64,000 bases of DNA from the NCBI GenBank assembly GCA_010909165.1, contig MU008172.1, forward strand, positions 930,001 to 994,000, in the 5' to 3' direction. Each line of letters opens with the position of its first letter. Positions within the stretch are counted from its first letter, which is position 1. Positions 12,104 to 24,635 of the stretch are shown here, in pieces. A program made the position numbers and the translations under genes. The notes beneath the pieces were generated by a model. It made no database searches and was not told the DNA's origin. It worked only from the letters and a program-made list of their open reading frames with translations. The stretch comes from Anthoceros angustus (Eukaryota; Plantae; Anthocerotophyta).

Positions 12104-13350
12104 TCACGTTGTTTTATCGTGAGGGCTTGTATGAGAGTCCACCATTGCATCCACCGAATCGAATCCTCTACAAGTGCCAAATTCGCATGCGCCCATCTCC
12201 GTAAGGCCAAAGCTATCATTCGCACCTAAAGCCTGCTGGTCTTCATTGATATCATTTTGGGTGTCGTCGTTTTCGTCGACACCCCATATCAATGTCTGTC
12301 CATCCTCCATAAGTTCGCCGGTTGTCGCCTTTAACCTCTTCGCACTCAATGCCACGACTTGGGCTTTCAAGCGCCTCACTACTACAAACCTCTTTGCCCA
12401 GGCGAGATGGTCCCCTTCGGTGCGGCTCAAAAGTCAGCTCCTCGTCTGCATCGGGCAAGACATCAACACCGTGTATGCGCTGGGCAATGTAACCTGCGCA
12501 TCTCAAGTCCGCCTCTATTGCAATACAGTTCCGGCCACACAGCAACGCAGCTAGTGTCGTAGTCCCACTGCCTGAGCATGCATCAATAACCCAGTCTCCC
12601 TCCTTGGAGAATGTCCTCACGAGTTTCATCATAAGACCCAATGGTCTCTGGTATGGGCACACTACCAACTTGTCATGAGACAGTAAACTGCTTTGACGAT
12701 GAGGGTGTCCAATAACAGATCTTCCATTGTTGAAGGTCCCGTGCATCACATTTGGCATCATGGCAGCCCTGTCCTTCGAACATCCATCTTTCACACCCCA
12801 TCCAACTGTAACGTATTCCACAGTCTCAAATCCGCCTCTGTCGTTGTTCATGTTAGTCTTATCCCAGATGAATGACACCAAGCCGCCTTTGGCACACCAC
12901 TTCCGCATAGCCTCCCTTACCGTATGGGCTTCTTCAACACCATGCATGACGATAATTCGGAAGTCGTCATTTTCCGTTTTCTCCTGGAAACTTTGAAACA
13001 CAGCACCCATCATTGATAAATCCATTCGTTTGTCCATTGGCCCGATGTCAAATCCACGGGAACATCCATGACAAGAAGGGTGTATTTCCTTCCCCTCAAA
13101 AACCCACGCATGTCCGTAACGCTATGGGCTTCCACAATCGGACCGCTTCACCGACGGAACATTGAATACATGGAGTCCTTCTTCCAAGTCCTTGTCCGCC
13201 AAAGCCCGCTGCTCATTCTCTAAGCCCTTCCAATTATTGATCTCGAAAATAAAATGCGGAAGTCGTCGGGCGCTTTGTCAAGACCTCCACGTCCTTGATT
13301 CTTTAAAAACAACTTTGTTAGAATCGTGGGCGGCTCAAGCACCTCACAAC
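12104..13350 (-). pseudogene. Beta-class N4-C/N6-A DNA methyltransferase domain, copy 1 (includes the C-terminal tail)
   Basis: ORF 12252-13037 contains CPYQRPLGLMMKLVRTFSKEGDWVIDACSGSGTTTLAALLCGRNCIAIEAD, matching the HP..KP..L / GD.VLDPF.GSGTT..AA...GR..IG.E pattern. Motif IV-like YTLLVMDVP lies just upstream, one base out of frame. Confidence 0.88.
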
Positions 13351-13399
13351 TACTTGAGGGGCGCCGGCCGGCGCCCCACCCATCGCTCCATCTCTCGTC

Positions 13400-15597
13400 A
13401 AAGCTATCATTCGCACCTAAACTCTGGTCTTCATTGATATCATTTTGGGTGTAAATCGTCGTTTGTCGAATTACATCTGACATCAATGTCTGTCCATTGT
13501 CCATAAGTTCGCGGTTGTCGTCTTTAACCTCACTCAATGCCACGACTTGGGCTTTCAATCTTTCTCACTACTACAAACCTCTTTGGCCCAGAAGTGAGAT
13601 GGTCCCCTTCGGGGCGGCTCAAAAGTCAGCTCCTCGTCTGCATCGGGCAAGACATCAACACCGTGTATGCGCTGTGCAATGTAACCTGCGCATCTCAAGT
13701 CCGCCTCTATTGCTGATTCTACACACGCCGCTAGGTGTATTAGTCCCTTTGCTGAGCATGCATCAATAACCCGTCTCCCTCCTTGGAGAATGTCCTCACG
13801 AGTTTCATCATAAGACCCAATGGTCTCGGTATGGGCACACTACCAACTTGTCATGAGGCAGGTAAACTGTTTCTTGGCGGCGGTAAGTGTCCAATAGATC
13901 TTCCATTGTTGAAGGTCCGTGCATCACATTTGGCATCATGGCAGCCTCCTTGAACATCCATCTTTCACACCCCATCCAAGCATACGTATTCCACGGTCTC
14001 AAATCCGCCTCATCGTTGTTCATGTTAGTCTTATCCCGGATGACACCAAGCCGCCTTTGGCACACCACTTCCATAGCCTCCCTTACCGTATGGGCTTCTT
14101 CAACACCATGCATGGATAATTGAGTCGTCATTTTCCGTTTTCTCCGAAACTTTGAAACACGGCACCCATCATTGATAAATCCATTCGTTTGTCCATTGGC
14201 CCGATGTCAAATCCACGGGAACATCCATGACAAGAAGGGTGTATTTCCTTCCCTCAAAACCCGCATGTCGAGCGTTGCGGGCTTCCACAATCTTGGACTG
14301 TTTCTCGATCGGAACATTGAATACATGGAGTCCTTCTTCCAAGTCCTTGTCGCCAAAGCCCGCTGCTCATTCTCTAGGCCCTTCCAATTATTGATCTCGA
14401 AAATAAAATGCGAAGTCGTCGGGCAGCTTTGTCAAGACCTCCACGTCCTTGATTCTTTAAAAAAAAACAACTTTGTTAGAATCGTGGGCGGCTCAAGCAC
14501 CTCACAACTACTAGCGGTGGAAGGCGCGGCGGCGCCCGCTCAGATGGAGACGGGGAGGCGGCCGGCGGCCGGCGGCCCTCCACCCTGCTCCGGTGGAACC
14601 CGAGGCGGGGGCGCGGCGGCGCCCGTCGGCGGACATGGGCGGCGGTGAATTGAACATGGAAAGAAGGTCCGGAAAATGGCTTACCTTTCCAAATGCCGTT
14701 TGGAATCGCGAGCATTTCATCGATTGAGTCTTTGGGGATACTCTGCCGAACCTCTTCAAAAGAGCAACCAAGGTGTTTTGCCATCGCCACTTGAATAATA
14801 TGAAATTTCTTCCAAGAGATATATCGTCATCCATTCCTTTCGGTCAATGAGACACGCCAACACTTTCTCTGTGCGGTGATAAGTATCTGCCCACACTCCC
14901 ATTGGAATCCCTTGAAATGATTTCCAAGGCTTTGCAAGCATATCTTTTGGCTTCACATAGAGTCTATTTTGTTGGCCTCCTCGGCCACTTCCGCTTCACC
15001 TTGCTCTTCTTGCTTGTCCTGCTATCACATGCTTCTGCCTGCAACTCCCCGCTTCCCACTTGGTAAATATCTTGTCTACATTTTCCCATACCCTACCCTC
15101 TTGTTTCGCGATGCATAAAATATGGGTCTGTTGTCAACCTTGTTACATTTATAAACATCATCTTCGCGTGCTTCATCATCCTCAATAAGCCCCAACACCT
15201 TATACAGTTGAATTTCCATGTCATGGTCATCGCAGATCCTGCTTCGCAATAATCAATTCATCACGCAAATACCTCACCGCTCTATAAAATTCATCTTCCG
15301 CGCTTGGACATATTATGGTCCGTGGCGAGGACTCGCATCTCACGTTGAGACCACGGTACATGAGCCTCCACATATTGAAACCGCTTTTGCGGAGAGATGC
15401 AAGATGCTTCATTGCCGCATAAGTGTGGTTTCCTCCAAGACTCCCATGACATATTTTTGGCCCGAATCGCCGCCTAGTTTTTCCATGTCATCACACTCCA
15501 GGATCAATCATACATAATAAAGGCAAAACGCCTCTTCAATCCTCCTTTTGATATAACACGCGCCAAATAATTGGCCCATGCTTCATCCACCCCGTAT
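13400..15597 (-). pseudogene. Copy 2 of the methyltransferase (~13400-14520, noisy) plus a duplicated linker/ParB-like segment (~14650-15597)
   Basis: Near-identical to 12200-13355 and to 16575-17520; LGGNHTYAAMKHL at ~15420-15440; many indels. Confidence 0.75.
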
Positions 15598-17682
15598 CTG
15601 CGCATCTCAAGTCCGCCTCTATTGCAATACGATTCGGCCACCACGGCTAGTGTCGTAGTCCCACTGCCTGAGCATGCATCAATAACCCAGTCTCCCTCCT
15701 TGGAGAATGTCCTCACGAGTTTCATCATAAGACCCAATGGTCTCTGGTATGGGCACACTACCAACTTGTCATGAGACAGGTAAACCTGTTTCTTGACGAC
15801 AGTAGGGTGTCCAATAACAGATCTTCCATTGTTGAAGGTCCCGTGCATCACATTTGGCATCATGGCAGCTCCTTGAACATCCATCTTTCACACCCCATCC
15901 AATAACGTATTCCACATCAAATCCTCCTCTCATGTTCATGTTAGTCTTATCCCAAATGAATGACACCAAGCCGCCTTTGGCACACCACTTCCATAGCCTC
16001 CCTTACCGTATGGGCTTCTTCAACACCATGCATGCGATAATTGAAGTCGTCATTTTCCGCTTTCTCCACAAAACTTTGAAACACGGCACCCATCATGGAT
16101 AAATCCATTCGTTTGTCCATTGGCCCGATGTCAAATCCACGGGAACATCCATGACAAGAAGGGTGTATTTCCTTCCCTCAAAACCCACGCATGTCGAGCG
16201 TTGCGGGCTTCCACAATCTTGGACGTTTCTCGATCGGAACATTGAATACATGGAGTCCTTCTTGCAAGTCCTTGTCCGCCAAAAAGCTGCTCATTCTCTA
16301 AGCCCTTCCAATTATTGATCTCGAAAATAAAATGCGGAAGTCGTCAGGCGGCTTTGTCAAGACCTCCACGTCCTTGATTCTTTAAAAAAACAACTGTTAG
16401 AATGCGTGGCTGGCTCAAGCACCTCACAACTACTAGCGGTGGGGCGCATCCGCCCGGTGGAACCCGAGGCGGCGCCGGCGGCAGGCGCCCTCCGCCTGCT
16501 CCGGTGGAACCCGAGGCGGGGGCGCGGCGGCGGTGGCGCCCCGGCGTGTCAGCGCGGACATGAGGCGGTGGCGCCCCTGGGTGAACATGGAAAGAAGGTC
16601 CGGGAAAATGGCTTACCTTTCCAAATGCCGTTTGGAATCGAGCATTTCATCGATTGAGTCTTTGGGGATACTCCTGCCGAACCTCTTCAAAAGACGAGCA
16701 ACCAAGGTGTTTTGCCATCGCCACTTGAATAATATGAATTTCTTCCGAAGAGATATATCGTCATCCATTCCTTTCAGGTCAATGAGACCTGCCAACACTT
16801 TCTCTGTAGCGGTGATAAGTATCTGCTGCCCACACTCCTGGAATCCCTTGAAATGATTTCCAAGGCTTTGCAAGCATATCTTTTGGCTTCCACATAGTCT
16901 ATTTTGTTGGCCTCCTCGGCCACTTTCGCTTCACCTTGCTCTTCTTGCTTGTCCTGCTATCACATGCTTCTTCTTGCAACTCTCCGCTTCCCACTTGGTA
17001 AATATCTTGTCTACATTTTCCCATACCCTACCCTCTTGTTTGATGCATAAAATATGGGTCTGTCAACCTTGTTACATTTATAAACATCATCTTCGCGTGC
17101 TTCATCATCCTCAATAAGCCCCAACACCTTATAGTTGAATTTCCATGTCATGGTCATCGACATCCGTTTGCAATAATCAATTCATCACTCAAATACCTCA
17201 CCTATAAAATTCATCTTCGCTTATTGGACATATTTATAGTGGCGAGGACTCGCATCTCTGTGCATTGAGACCACAGTACACATGAGCCTCCACATATTGA
17301 AACCGCTTTTGCGGAGAGATGCAAGATGCTTCATTGCCGCATAAGTGTGGTTTCCTCCAAGACTCCCATGACATATTTTTGGCCCGAATCTACGCGGTCT
17401 AGCTTTTCCATGTCATCACACTCCAGGATCAATCATACATAATAAAGGCAAAACGCCTCTTCAATCCTCCTTTTGATATAACAGCCAAATAATTGGCCCA
17501 TGCTTCATCCACCCTCGTATCCGCAGTGCGATCGGCGAAGGTTCTCCAATTTCACCAGCACTATTTCCAATACTACCTTCTTCGATATGTCGCTTCTCGA
17601 CCCGTGTCGGGGTCTTCATCCGGATAGCTTCCGCAATCCTCTCTGATGCATTGTCACATGAGCGTGGGAATGTCACCCACAT
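15598..17682 (-). pseudogene. Colinear ParB/Srx-like domain + linker + beta-class methyltransferase (copy 3), frameshifted as assembled
   Basis: Read on the - strand from 17682 downward (with the cleaner reading from the duplicate copy where needed): LRIRGVDEAWANYLARVISKGG, LGGNHTYAAMKHL (~17343-17360), linker, YTLLVMDVP-x-GFD, then DWVIDACSGSGTTTL. Confidence 0.72.
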
Positions 17683-18277
17683 TTTCCACCCTCTGCGGTT
17701 GTTCCCTTTCCTCTTTGCTTTTGCCTTAGGATGGTCCTCTCCGTCATTCCCTCTGCTCCGATCTCCTTCAAAAACAGATCCTGCCTTCCTTTTCCCTTAG
17801 GCCCTTCCGCCTCCAGCCTCCTATGCGAGAGGCGCCGGCCGGCCCCCCTCGCCTCCCTCCTCATGCGCTGGAGCCTTCGAGGCTGCTCCTGGTGAGGCGC
17901 CGGCCGCCGGTTCCTCTCCAACTTCCAAGACCTCGACGCTCGCCGCCCGACCGCTGGCGAGAGGCTGGCGGCGCCGGCCGGCGCCCTCCACCACCAGTAA
18001 CCCCGGGGTTTCATAAGGCATGAAAACCCCGCATCCTGTCTCTGCGTCCGAATTTTCTTCATCCGTGCCCCAGATATCGTATCGGGCCATAGTCTTCATC
18101 CTCCGGGCCAAACTCTGTGCCCTCCTCATTCTCGCTGTCCTTCTCTTCATTCTCATCACGCACCTCGGCTCTTGCGCGGCAGCCATGACCTCTCTGTTTG
18201 CATTTTGTGTGATTTCCGCACAACGTCCGATGAATGCATTCCCCATCACGAGCCCCGCGCAATGAACAATGCTCATG

Positions 18278-18745
18278 TTAGAGACAGCAGCGAAAGCATA
18301 ACATTGGAAGCGGAAATTGGATAAGGTTGCGAATACCGATTGCTCCGCCTACATTCAAACAAAAAAAGCTCGGCAGTTCGCATTTCTTGATCACAAGATT
18401 GTTGAACCCGATCTCGAACGCCATAGCTCGGGACCTGGCACCGATCGCATCAAATTCTTGGGGCCTTGTAATGCACAGCAACTGTGCTACAGGATCCCCA
18501 TTGGACATGTCCAATGTTGCCCACACTAGCCACCCTGCCCTTGCCCGTTGATTTGGCAGTGCATCCTTGTAACCCATAATCCACAGCTTGTACAACGGAG
18601 TCCAAAACATGCTCTCGTCTTCTGGTTCCGGATCCTGAACAACCATCCAATCCTTGTCCAAGATCTTCACTGCATCCATCTGTGCTCCAAGGCGTCGAAT
18701 GTAAACTGTCTCCTCGAAGCTGTATGGCGAAGGAATAGGAGCCAC
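18278..18745 (-). CDS. Transposon cargo ORF, possibly GNAT acetyltransferase-like
   Basis: 155-aa ORF; AGWLVW...VAQLLCITRPQEFDAIGARS.AMAFEIGFNNL...SFF loosely follows GNAT strand b4/motif A/motif B spacing; recognised by eye only. Confidence 0.3.
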   Translation of the reverse strand: MAPIPSPYSFEETVYIRRLGAQMDAVKILDKDWMVVQDPEPEDESMFWTPLYKLWIMGYKDALPNQRARAGWLVWATLDMSNGDPVAQLLCITRPQEFDAIGARSRAMAFEIGFNNLVIKKCELPSFFCLNVGGAIGIRNLIQFPLPMLCFRCCL

Positions 18746-19580
18746 CCTCTTCCCACCCTTCTCCCCCTTCTCTCCATGGCCTCCTGATTTTGTTGTGGAA
18801 GCCTTCGCCGAGCCAGCTTGACTTCGAGTGCTCGCTGGAAGGCCGCCACCGCCTGCCCGCTAGCATGTCCTCCCAGACAAAGGTCTTCCTGCAAATCGCC
18901 GCGCCGCCAACTGCTCCGGCGCTGCTTTCTTCGACTTGCAGGCTCGGGATCGGATTCGGCCGCCTCGATCCTTCTTGCTTGCCTTCCCATCGCCATCACC
19001 TTCAATTCAAAGATAGGCCAATTCGGATGGGCCTTCCTTCTCGCATCGACCGCAATTCCACAACAAGCGTCAATTGATGCACAATCGCAAACACGGAAAG
19101 TGAGAAACCGAAAGCTGCATCCGGTCTCCCTCGCCCAATTTCACCGCTCGCGGCCGCAATCAAGGGGTTAGAGATGGCGCTCGCACTCCGATGTCTCGCT
19201 CGAGAAGACACAGCCCTGGCCACCGCTCCTCGCCGTTATTTTAAGCGCTTACCGTAACTCGCTCACTTCCATGAATAATTGCTTTAATTTAGGGTTTCCT
19301 GGTTGCTCCAACTAGCCGATGGTTCGAACCCCGGTGGGCACATTATTAACGCCGCCATCTTGTACATACAGGTTAACGTGTACCGCTTTTTCCCATTGCG
19401 GGTGGGTTTGTTTTAATTACAAAACATAATGACTTTCCCGTTACTTGCCTCCACTGCAAGCATTAGTAACTTAACGACGTTTTCTTCAACAATGGTTTTA
19501 TATGGTTGGTGACTGTTAACCATCAAACGGCCTCCCAGGAAGGCTTAGACATTTCAGCGTATCTGATGTTAGAATGAACC

Positions 19581-22500
19581 TTGCCTTCTTTCAATTCCTC
19601 CACTATCGTCCTACCTGGGAAGACGCCCAACAAAATGCTTCGCGCCACTCACCGTAGAGGACGCCGATGTAAGATCGCTTCAATCGAACGTCGTCGCCGG
19701 ATGCAGGTGCAAACATGTCCTCATTCCCTGTTTGATTGTGCGGCTTTACTGCGGATGGTGAGGTCAATCCCAATATGAAAGACATCTTCCGAAAAACGGA
19801 CGAGGAGAAGAGCGGACTGAATGCCCCACCAGCGTCCGCAGTCACCATAAGACATCTCCAGTTCTCCACGCGCCACTACGGGTCCTGAAGGTTTGTTTCA
19901 TCACCCGGATTCTAATGGAGGTTGACTTTGTGAATTTTATCCTCTACTAACTGTCGAAGTCTTTGCCACACCAGCGGCTCCGGTAACTGGAGGTGGCCGA
20001 CATCGCCGGCTCTCGGCCTCCCCTACCATTCCGAGGTGCCTACCGCGGACACCAAGAAATCTTAACCGGTATGCCGCTCTGGAAGGATCCCCATGCAAAC
20101 AACGGTGTGAGCAAGCAGCGACCGCTAGAAACCAAGGCCCTCCCAAGGCTGGGCTCCGAATGCGTGGAGGCAGATTGTTCACTGCAGTGGAGTCCGTCAC
20201 GCACCATCAAACGAGCGAAGACTGCGGCAATACACTGAATGAGGAGGCAGACGATTTCCAGAACAGTCCCGGAGATCGACATCCGCCATCTTATCACCCC
20301 AAACCAGTGAGTGAGACTTTGGTGTCTGCAGAAACTACGAGTGTCCGGTGCCAGAAGAGGCGAGCTGCGGGGGTCTCAATGAGGAAATGTGAAGTCGAAA
20401 GTATCAACATTGATTTCGGAAGGCATGTTGCAATCGGATGTGTCTCCGCAGTTGACAAAAGAAAGGTTTCGTGAACAACGATATCGCTATTTACGGATGG
20501 GGAGGCGGGGCGAAACATTTTGGAATCGATACAAAGCGCGAGATCCGGTAACGTCAAAGTTGTGACTCATCTTCTGGGGCCGGATCCTTTAGATGCTGCT
20601 TGCGCGCCTTCAGAAGAGTGTATTGCCTCGGCCACAGCAGGTATGAAGAGTTGAAGAGTAGAGTCATACTGAATGCACCGTGGGATGCTATGAGGCCGAA
20701 TCCAAAACAGCAGTCTCACCATGCATTAAGTGCAATAGCCTGGATGGACAATGCTTTCCTCAACATGGCTGAGAGACTTCCAAATATCGAGGTCTTCAAC
20801 TTACCCGACACATACACAAAACTAGAAATTTGGAGTGAATATAGGCGGCATTGTGAACAAAGAGGTCAGCGGTACGTGACCTACGCCTGGTTCTTGAAGC
20901 TATGGAAAGGGCACTTCAACAGGGTAAAGATTCCAAAGTCTAATGATTCTCTACTTGCTCGCTCTGCTGGATTGAAAACAACTATACGAAATACAATCTC
21001 AAAGGTTGATCAAGGTAAGTTACATTGTTTTCCTTATCCCTTGTTTTCCAAAGATACAGAGGGTGGTTGACCATGGGCCAAACCCTCAATGGCGATGTAT
21101 ATGTAGTATGTCAATGTGCCCCCGCCCGGGGATGTCTCAGTGGCACCGCCACGCCCACCATGTCTCACCATAGGTCCATAGCATTATCTAAGGAGGTTCC
21201 CTGGTCATGAGGCGCGGTCGGCCAGCGCTGTTCGTAACCATGCATGTGCCTATCACATTGCTTGGGCCCCATGCAAGGCACCGCTATTACCATGTCGACC
21301 TTGCAGGAATGAGGTCAGGTCCCCACCGGCGCCCCCAACCACATTACAAGTATTCTGCCTTGTAACCACCTTCCCGGGCTTGGAAATGCCTGACAAATGT
21401 GTTCCACCCATTATATCCTTTAAGGTCGGTCGTAGGGTGGAAGGGGGGTGGAGGAAGGTGAAGTTGGCGGTGTCCATGACATACATTGGCACATCTCGGA
21501 GGTGGCCGACATCGCTCTCGGCCTCCCTACCATTCCGAGGTGCCCGCCATGACACCAAGAAATCTTAACCCAGATGCCCGGAGGATCCCCATGCAAACAA
21601 CGGTGTGAGCAGAGGCACCGCTAGAAACCAAGGCACTCCCAAGGGGGCTCCGAATGCGTGGAGGCAGTTGTTCACTGCGGAGTCCGCCACGCACCATCAA
21701 ACGAGCGAAGATCGCGGCATCGAATGAGGAGGCGACGATTTCACGGGCCCAGATCGACATCCGCCATCTTATCACCCCAAACCAGGAGTGAGACTTTGGT
21801 GTCTGCAGAAACTACGAGTGTCCGGAAGAGGCGAGCTGGAGTCTCAATGAGGAAATGTGAAGTCGAAAGTATCAACATTGATTTCGGAAGGCATGTTGCA
21901 ATCGATGTGTCTCCGCAGTTGACAAAAGAAAGGTTTCGTGAACAACGATATCGCTATTTACGGATGGGGAGGCGGGGCGAAACATTTTGGAATCCTCGAT
22001 GTTAAAGCGATGATCAGGAAAGCAGTTGTGACTCATCTTGGGCCGGATCCTTTCCGCTATGCTAAGAGTGTATTGCACGCAGGTATGAAGAGTTGAAGAG
22101 TAGAGTCATTGAATGCACCGTGGATGCTATGAGGTCAATCCAAAACATGATCTCACCATGCATTAAGTGCAATAGCCTGGATGGACAATGCTTTCCTCAA
22201 CATGGCTGAGAGACTTCCAAATATCGAGGTCTTCAACCTACCCGACACATACACAAAACTAGAAATTTGGAGTGAATATAGGCGGCATTGTGAACAAAGA
22301 GGTCAGCGGTACGTGACCTACGCCTGGTTCTTGAAGCTATGGAAAGGGCACTTCAACAGGGTAAAGATTCCAAAGTCTAACAGATTCTCTACTTGCTCGC
22401 TGTGCGCTGGATTGAAAACAACTATACGAAATACAATCTCAAAGGTTGATCAAGGTAAGTTACATTGTTATCCTTATCCCTTGTTTTCCAAAGACGAGGG

Positions 22501-24635
22501 TGGTTGACCGGCCAAACCCTCAATGGCGATGTAGTATGTCAATGTGCCCCCGCCCGGGGATGTCTCAGTGGCACCGCCACGCCCACCATGTCTCACCATA
22601 GGTCCATAGCATTATCTAAGGAGGTTCCCTGGTCATGAGGGCGCCGGCCGCCGGCGCCTGCTCGTAACCATGCATGTGCCTATCACATTGCTTGGGCCCC
22701 GGCATGCCGAAGGCACCGCTATTACCATGTCGACCTTGCAGGAATGAGGTCAGGCGCCGGTGGGCCGCGCCCAACCACACAGTATTCCGCCCCGCTTGGA
22801 AATGCTCGACAAATGTGTTCCACCCATTATATCCTTTAAGGTCCGAGGTGGAGGGTGGAGGAAGGTCAAGTTGGCGGTGTCCATGACATACATTGCACAT
22901 CTCGGAGGTGATGCGCAACGTTGATTGCTGGACATCATACTATGTTTTTTATCTTGTAAGTTGTCAACTTTAAAGGGACTCACATACAATGGTGTGAATA
23001 TGTTATGTGCAGAGAAATATCAAACAAAGATTGACGCCCACCGCGAGCGATGTAGCGAAGCGAAGATGACAAAACACCGGAGCAAGAGTTATGTTGAACC
23101 ACATAAGTATATGCTACTATGTATCGATGGCATGGACGAGAAGAAGAGATACCGCACATGTTGAGGTGGCCAAAAACCTAGACGAGGAATGTCGCATTTC
23201 GTTCACGTGGTGGTGCATGATCCACAACTACACCCACAAAGCCACGGCGTTTTGCACGCCAACCTCCGGAATGATGCCAATTTGACTATCGCATTCAAGA
23301 TGTCATCCACAACTATGATGGTGTGCTGCCCAAAGTTTTGTATTTGCAACTTGACAATACATGTCGGGAGAACAAGAATCAGCTATTGTTTGCATATTTG
23401 AACATGCTCGTTGATATGGGCACGTTCGAAAAAGTGAAGGTGGGATTCCTCTTGGTTGGTCACACCCATGATCAAATAGACGATGTTTTCTGCTTTTCCA
23501 AAAGCCTTAAACACAAAGAAGCGCACACGCCACCGTGACACATTCTGCGGAGGCATACTCCCTCTCCAGGTGAAGGTTCCGTGGAGGTTCCAGATTTCGG
23601 ACATATGTCCGCCAATACGGGCAGGGATGAGGTCAAGTACGGGTGAAGAAGTTGAATAATCTATCATACCAGCACCAGTTCAAAATTACGCGAGGACAAA
23701 CGGCCCCGGGTCACGCCATCGAGCAAGCAGATTCAACTTCACCGCTTTGGGAAACGGAGGCAGGTTTGGAGTTTTTAAATTTCGTTCCTTCTGAGGCCAT
23801 AACGGCGCTTTGATGTCCTTACGCACGGATAAAAAGGAACGCGGGCACTCACACCCACCAAGGTGTGGCTCATTTGAAGGATGGGTTAGTTGGTTTGCGA
23901 CCTTATGTACAGTAGAAGAGTACAAGTGGTGGGAAGAATTGCAGGTTGACGGAGATTGTTGTTATTGTCGAAAACCACATCGGCCTTGTTCTGGACCGTC
24001 CTTGGAAATGGTTCTCCCGTGCTGAAGAGGAAGAGACAGCGCAGCCCCTTCATGTACCTGATGAAGCTTTGCTAGAAGAAGCACTGTTGAGGGAGCTTCC
24101 CCAACGAGATATGTATCTGGGAGCATATCAAAACATTGGAAGGCAGCAGCGTGAAATGGCGCGCTTGAATGGCGATATTGCAGAAATCAAAAAGGGAATG
24201 TTCCTCGCAGTGCCATGCACCACTGACATACACAACAGACCTTTCTGGATTGGGAAAGTAACGGACGTGAAGTTGGATGCACCACAACCTCACTTTCTTA
24301 TCCACTGGTATCGGACAGATCATACACGCATGTAAGGCAGGTATGTAGAGGAATATATACTACGAGGAAGAGGCAACCAAGATGGACGGGCACTGGGGAA
24401 AAAGGGGAATAAGGTATTTTATCCCAAAAACATACAGGAGGTCTATGTGAATGATACAGTCATCCTTTATTACGATTTTATTTTGAATGCACGGAAACAT
24501 TTGTATGCGGTGGACAAAAAGGCGATCAGGGACAAATTGAGCGAATTGCGCGGATTCATACAGCCAGCCAGTCAAAGTGTGGCAGAGGATAGCGATGACA
24601 ATATTGGGGACGGCCAAGCGATGACGAAGGCGTGA
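19581..24635 (+). pseudogene. Sola-like transposase, intron-containing and frameshifted as assembled; N-terminal ~1.5 kb duplicated
   Basis: Cys-rich N-terminus (KACCNRMCL; RCCLRAFRRVY), LPDTYTKLEIWSEY, VKIPKSNRFSTCSLC, CIDGMD (23126), LYLQLDNTCRENKN (23353), FLLVGHTHDQIDDVF (23458). The DN..ENKN / GH....D signature fits Sola-type transposases (superfamily call is inference). Start and end approximate. Confidence 0.8.

Noticed and set aside
12200-16440. True triplication (amplification) of the methyltransferase
   Set aside because: The copies differ mainly by scattered indels, and the same pattern affects ordinary host genes, so an assembly artefact is more parsimonious
12104-17682. Bacterial or prophage contamination as the source of the ParB-MTase
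   Set aside because: It lies between TIRs together with an intron-containing transposase, nested in a plant LTR element among plant genes; chimeric assembly still needs a read check
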